Sequence record: DRR723986_21710
Reading direction: 5' to 3' (one strand)
DNA: 20,760 nucleotides
The notes under the pieces: model-generated
Told to the model about the DNA's origin: nothing
The model's input: only the letters and a program-made list of their open reading frames with translations
Database searches by the model: none
Position numbers and translations under genes: made by a program
In this document: piece after piece, positions 17,401 through 20,760 of the stretch
How positions within the stretch are numbered: position 1 is the stretch's first letter
How the letters are laid out: each line of letters opens with the position of its first letter

Positions 17401-20400
17401 TGCAGGGTCAGATTATACTGGAATCAGTACGACTACCCTATCATTCCTAGCTGGAGAAAGCAGTAAAACGGTGAATGTAACTGTGGTTGGCGACCAATTA
17501 GTAGAGATGGACGAGACATTAACTTTAACCTTATCAAATCCTACGGGTACCAACGTCATTATCGCGGATGCCACGGGAACCGGAACAATCACTAATGATG
17601 ATCAAGCTGCTGTTACGATAGCTGATGTGAGTGGAAATGAGGATGAAGGATCAATTACAGTGACGGTGACTCTAGATAATGCTGTGGACGGAGGTTTTAG
17701 TGTAGACGTAAGTACAGCAGATGGCACCGCTACAACGGCTAATAGTGACTACACAGCTGTTACTTCCCAAACCTTAATTTTTACTGGAACGGCAGGAGAA
17801 ACCCAGACCTTTACAGTTACACCAACTGCTGATACTAAGTTAGAAGCAGACGAGACGGTCTCTGTAAGTATGAGTAACTTAGCTGGGACGACATTGCCAG
17901 TTACAATTACCGATGGTGCTACCGTGTCTATTTTGAATGATGATCCCTTTCCAAACCTCAACATTGACAATATCAGTGTGAACGAAAATGAGGGTAGCGC
18001 CACCTTCACTGTTACGTTATCAGCCGTGTCTGATCTAGCAGTTAGTGTCAACTATGTGAGTAGCGACGGTACTGCCATCGCAGGTAGCGACTTCACTGCT
18101 GTCTTGGGAACTCTCAACTTCGCAGCGGGCGACCTGACTAAAACCATAGTAGTACCTATTATCAATGATGGTATTTTTGAGGATTCTGAAAACTTCAGTA
18201 TCAATTTGAGCAATCCGACCAATGCTATTTTAGAAACAATAGCTGGTATAGGTACAATTCTTAATGATGATCCTGAGCCAAAAATTATTTCTATAGGTGT
18301 GCAACATGCTACTGAAGGCTTAGACTTAATTGGCACTGTAACTTTAGATCAAGCTTCAGGTACTCCTTTAACCATGAGCTATAGTATTGGTGGTGGTACT
18401 GCTTCATCATCTGATTATGGAACCCCAGTTTTTAGTGATGGAGTTGCCGTAGTGGGAACAAATTTGTTGATACCAGCTGGTATTTCAAGCTTTAGAGTCG
18501 TTGTACCAACTGTAGACGATCTATTTAATGAGGCTACTGAAACAGTGCCTTTTACATTTAATGGACTGAGTGTTTTAGGTAATATCTATGATAATGATGT
18601 TCAACCAGGCCTCTTTATTAACTCTATCTCGTTTAACGAGACCTCAGGCACAGTAGTCTTCACAGTTAGCTTGTCCGGGGCTTCGGGCAAGCTGGTCAGT
18701 GTCAATTACTCTAGTGCTGACGGAACAGCTACTGCGGGCAGTGACTATACTGCAGTTAGCGGCACCCTCAATTTTGCTGCGGGCGAACTGACCCAAACCA
18801 TCTCGGTGCCGATTATTGATGATAGCGATTTTGAAGTTCAGGAAAACTTTACCATTACCTTAAGCGGAGCTACTAATGCCAGCATTATAAATGCGACTGG
18901 CACAGGTACCATTATTGATAATGATAGTGCCCCAATAGTAAGTAGCATCAGCAGTCCTGAGGTAATTGAAGGTGAGGACTTGATATATAATGTAACACTC
19001 AGCAATGCCTCCTCTACCAATACAAGCTTCAGTTTCGCCTTGGGTGGTGGCTCTGCGTCGAATAGTGATTACGGTACTCCATCTTTCAGTAATGGGGTGA
19101 GCTTTGTGGCTGGTACCCTGATTGTGCCTGCATTCGTGACCAGCTTCAGTGTAACCTTGCCTACAGCCGATGATGATCTCTTTGAGCCATCCGAAACAGT
19201 ACCACTAAATATCGGGGGCTTAATCAGCATAGGTACTATCTTAAATAATGATCCAGCTATTCTTACTATCACCGCAAATGAGAATCAATCTAAGGTCTTG
19301 GGAGCTACAGACCCAGTTCTCACTTTCACAGCCTCAGGATTTGAAGGGACAGATGATGCGACAATTCTAACGGGTGCACTTTCTCGAGATCCAGGAGAAA
19401 CAGTAGGTACCTATGCAATTAATCAAGGAGACTTGAGTGCAGGACCTAACTATACCATCATTTTTGTTCCTGCCGATTTTGAGATCAAAAAAGGTACTGT
19501 TCAAATAACAGATTCGTTTGATGCAGCTGATAAAGTATATGACGCCACAAAGTCAGCCACTCTTTCGGTGAATAACCTTAGCCTAAGTGGAATAGATGCC
19601 AATTCGCCAGATGTATCAATTGGTACTGTGACCACTGAGTTTGTTGATAAAAATGTTGGGGTAGGTAAAGAAGTAAGAATCACATCAATCACTTTAACCG
19701 GTGCTGATGCAGGTTCTTATGATATTGATTATACTGGAGCACCAACTTCTACAGCTACTATTTCTGCTGCACCGCTTTCAGTAGTTGGTTTTAGTTCAAA
19801 CAATAAGGTCTATGACGGAACGACATTAGCTTCACTATCTGGAACTCCGTCAATTACCGGAATTGGTGCAGATGATGTATCTGTTTCAGGAACGCCTATT
19901 GCTAATTTCTTGCAGTCTGATGTTGGAGTCGCTATCCCTATAACCGTTACTGGGCTTACCTTGGATGGGGTGGATAAGGATAATTATGAGATTATTCCAC
20001 CTGCAGGATTGGAAGCGAACATTACAGAAGCGCAACTATTGATCAGCGCCAATCCAAATCAAAGTAAAGAGTTTGGATCAGCCGACCCAATATTCACTTA
20101 TTCATCCTCAGGATTTGTTGGAGGAGAAACCGACGCTATCCTGACAGGAGCATTAAGTAGGACTACAGGGGAGGATAAGGGGACTTATCCAATTAATCTT
20201 GGGACACTAGATGCAGGGTCGAATTATACAATCAACTTTACCGGAGCTAACTTTACCATTGCTGCGAAAGTATTGAACATCACAGCAGATGCCGGACAAA
20301 TGAAAGTCTATGGTGAAGCCGATCCTATCTTAACTTATGTAGCTACAGGATTTGAAGCTGGAGATGATGAAACGATTCTTACAGGAGCCTTATCAAGAGC

Positions 20401-20760
20401 AGCTGGAGAAAATGTTGGTAATTATGCGATCAACCTAGGAACACTTTCAGCTGGCGACAATTATACGATCAACTTCACTTCGGCTGACTTTGAGATCACT
20501 AAAGCTACGTTGAACATTACCGCTAATGCAGGTCAGACGAAGGTTTATGGCAATGCTGATCCAGTATATACATACTTGGCGAATGGATTTAAAAATGGCG
20601 ATACCAATGCAATCCTTACCGGGTCACTGATCAGAATAGCTGGAGAAGATGTAGGCATGTACGCCATCCAGCCAGGAACGATCAATGCGGGTGGTAACTA
20701 TACAATTAACTTTACTTCGGCTGATTTTGAGATCACGAAGGCTACGTTGAACATTACCGC
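14429..20760 (+). CDS. Giant multi-domain surface adhesin (partial, more than 2110 aa): signal peptide, two N-terminal globular modules, Ig/cadherin-like repeats, 6 Calx-beta, 2 YDG and at least 4 MBG repeats
   Basis: Translated by hand: one open frame from ATG 14429 (MMPNVFKPIFFILLFVFSTVFSFA|QTTVNF..) to the window end with no stop. Contains VNDAP/VNDDP cadherin-like junctions, DGTATAGSDY..TITNDD Calx-beta units, KVYDA/KVYDG units and KVYGxADP..LTGALSR..GE.VG.Y.I MBG units. Missing from the ORF track. Confidence 0.93.
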   Translation, partial: MMPNVFKPIFFILLFVFSTVFSFAQTTVNFNSYTENQGLSNPHTEGELKFEVIKNTSACTVCIGIDFNEGKDGTPGLDDDNFQINGIVAWKISKADNSSFQFLSIWLQHRGAGTSTSGTIKAYKGGVQIGSTVNINFDSSTAGLKSLSSNPDFYDVDSVLIEGADLFIILDEITYNVPFVVGDADPAEVTAINLIGSPLSTATSVQYQVDFSKIAKNVSADDFTLTTTGTATGTIGTVTGSDATYTIPISGISGEGTIRLDLQAGTNIANENNVTGTAAFTSGQVHNVSPCLVEDFEDETVGAKVFSYGGFNFTITGNLEVYTETPSIGINGSKNVLKNTGTGTYTIRPNSGEINFRKIALFLSSIPTGDSPTNDGNITVVGKNGGATVYTISKASGFPTDFSANSGYYIFDLQTEGGVDNSDISVDAIEITIGGAFQYMNIDNFEFCADDVAPSGYSVTIDQDPITPDNDDAVSFTFSGAEVGTTYEYTFTSSGGGTPVTNTGTIITATDQITGIDLGGLGLGTITLSVNLTDASNNEGLPAQDQVQKRVVTVPVATPPSAPAVTEDDVNVALADDIQVADADGDDQTLTFTITGGTVTLGTAGITFGGSANGSASFTASGTLAALNTALDAATFTPTPDLFGTGVATIEFVSNDGTADSDPASVTFDIAGVNDAPVVDLNGVLGPDWTEGASPYVINPAILVSDPEDDNIVAATISIVDFVDGDVLGITAPSPYTASYNSNTGVLLLSGTGTAAQMQSALRTVVFSNSTDDPGQGNTDNTRAVSFFVTDANAATSSTIGNMVLTIISVNDDPIMSDLPSDISVVENTASNIDLSGATFGDVDSGSGNVRLSFLASGGTLTATGTADVTVSSLTPGTLNLEGTAAAIERFLNDPSSIQYTNASGVTGDNAATLSVSATDNGNTGDGGGTTVNLGVINIDVESFISFSINDPAVTEGDAGTTSLQFTVSLSAPAPAGGATVDIASSDGTATAGSDYTGISTTTLSFLAGESSKTVNVTVVGDQLVEMDETLTLTLSNPTGTNVIIADATGTGTITNDDQAAVTIADVSGNEDEGSITVTVTLDNAVDGGFSVDVSTADGTATTANSDYTAVTSQTLIFTGTAGETQTFTVTPTADTKLEADETVSVSMSNLAGTTLPVTITDGATVSILNDDPFPNLNIDNISVNENEGSATFTVTLSAVSDLAVSVNYVSSDGTAIAGSDFTAVLGTLNFAAGDLTKTIVVPIINDGIFEDSENFSINLSNPTNAILETIAGIGTILNDDPEPKIISIGVQHATEGLDLIGTVTLDQASGTPLTMSYSIGGGTASSSDYGTPVFSDGVAVVGTNLLIPAGISSFRVVVPTVDDLFNEATETVPFTFNGLSVLGNIYDNDVQPGLFINSISFNETSGTVVFTVSLSGASGKLVSVNYSSADGTATAGSDYTAVSGTLNFAAGELTQTISVPIIDDSDFEVQENFTITLSGATNASIINATGTGTIIDNDSAPIVSSISSPEVIEGEDLIYNVTLSNASSTNTSFSFALGGGSASNSDYGTPSFSNGVSFVAGTLIVPAFVTSFSVTLPTADDDLFEPSETVPLNIGGLISIGTILNNDPAILTITANENQSKVLGATDPVLTFTASGFEGTDDATILTGALSRDPGETVGTYAINQGDLSAGPNYTIIFVPADFEIKKGTVQITDSFDAADKVYDATKSATLSVNNLSLSGIDANSPDVSIGTVTTEFVDKNVGVGKEVRITSITLTGADAGSYDIDYTGAPTSTATISAAPLSVVGFSSNNKVYDGTTLASLSGTPSITGIGADDVSVSGTPIANFLQSDVGVAIPITVTGLTLDGVDKDNYEIIPPAGLEANITEAQLLISANPNQSKEFGSADPIFTYSSSGFVGGETDAILTGALSRTTGEDKGTYPINLGTLDAGSNYTINFTGANFTIAAKVLNITADAGQMKVYGEADPILTYVATGFEAGDDETILTGALSRAAGENVGNYAINLGTLSAGDNYTINFTSADFEITKATLNITANAGQTKVYGNADPVYTYLANGFKNGDTNAILTGSLIRIAGEDVGMYAIQPGTINAGGNYTINFTSADFEITKATLNIT
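17258..19252 (+). repeat. Six tandem Calx-beta-like domains within the adhesin
   Basis: Units end in NDD/DND/NND at 17602, 17944, 18271, 18598, 18925 and 19252. The last four are each exactly 327 bp. Confidence 0.85.
19490..20026 (+). repeat. Two YDG-like domains within the adhesin
   Basis: DKVYDATKSATL..DKNVGVGKEV..LTGADAGSY and NKVYDGTTLASL..DVGVAIPITVTGLTLDGVDKDNY. Confidence 0.75.
20027..20760 (+). repeat. Tandem 237-bp (79-aa) MBG-like domain array, continuing beyond the window
   Basis: Units at 20027-20263, 20264-20500 and 20501-20737, with a fourth starting at 20738. An isolated copy of the same length lies at 19253-19489. Confidence 0.85.

Noticed and set aside
14546-19692. Short ORFs in the track across the adhesin region (mostly - strand, plus 15483-15728 +)
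   Set aside because: They are shadows of the long + strand frame starting at 14429, which carries coherent domain repeats.
20027-20760. Repeats as a CRISPR array or diversity-generating retroelement template
   Set aside because: They are in-frame 237-bp protein domain repeats with synonymous variation. There are no spacers, no cas or reverse transcriptase gene, and no adenine-specific mismatch pattern was noticed.

Overview
Chromosomal window from a Bacteroidota bacterium, most likely Cytophagales/Cyclobacteriaceae (Algoriphagus-like). This is inferred from gene content, Ala-Gln signal-peptide cleavage sites and promoter-like motifs. The left half (1-10957) looks ordinary: a partial secreted protein, a Tat-exported GH109 NAD-dependent glycosidase, a DUF1080 protein, an EEP-family phosphatase, an AsmA/DUF748-like envelope protein, a PRC-barrel protein, a PIF1/RecD-like helicase, a DUF4038/GH140-like hydrolase and a pentapeptide-repeat protein. 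The right half (11162-20760) is a same-strand locus with an AT-rich front part. It holds a non-housekeeping formyltransferase, a Tat-exported 5'-nucleotidase-like protein that appears to have lost its metal-binding motifs, two tandem phage-tail-collar (MrpB/RhiB-like) mini-fibre genes, and a giant adhesin of more than 2110 aa. The adhesin is absent from the supplied ORF track because it has no stop codon in the window. This fibre + modifier + adhesin module is the best candidate for an under-described surface system. An orphan promoter-terminator pair at about 267-449 suggests an unannotated small RNA. All family calls come from motif recognition by eye; no database searches were run.
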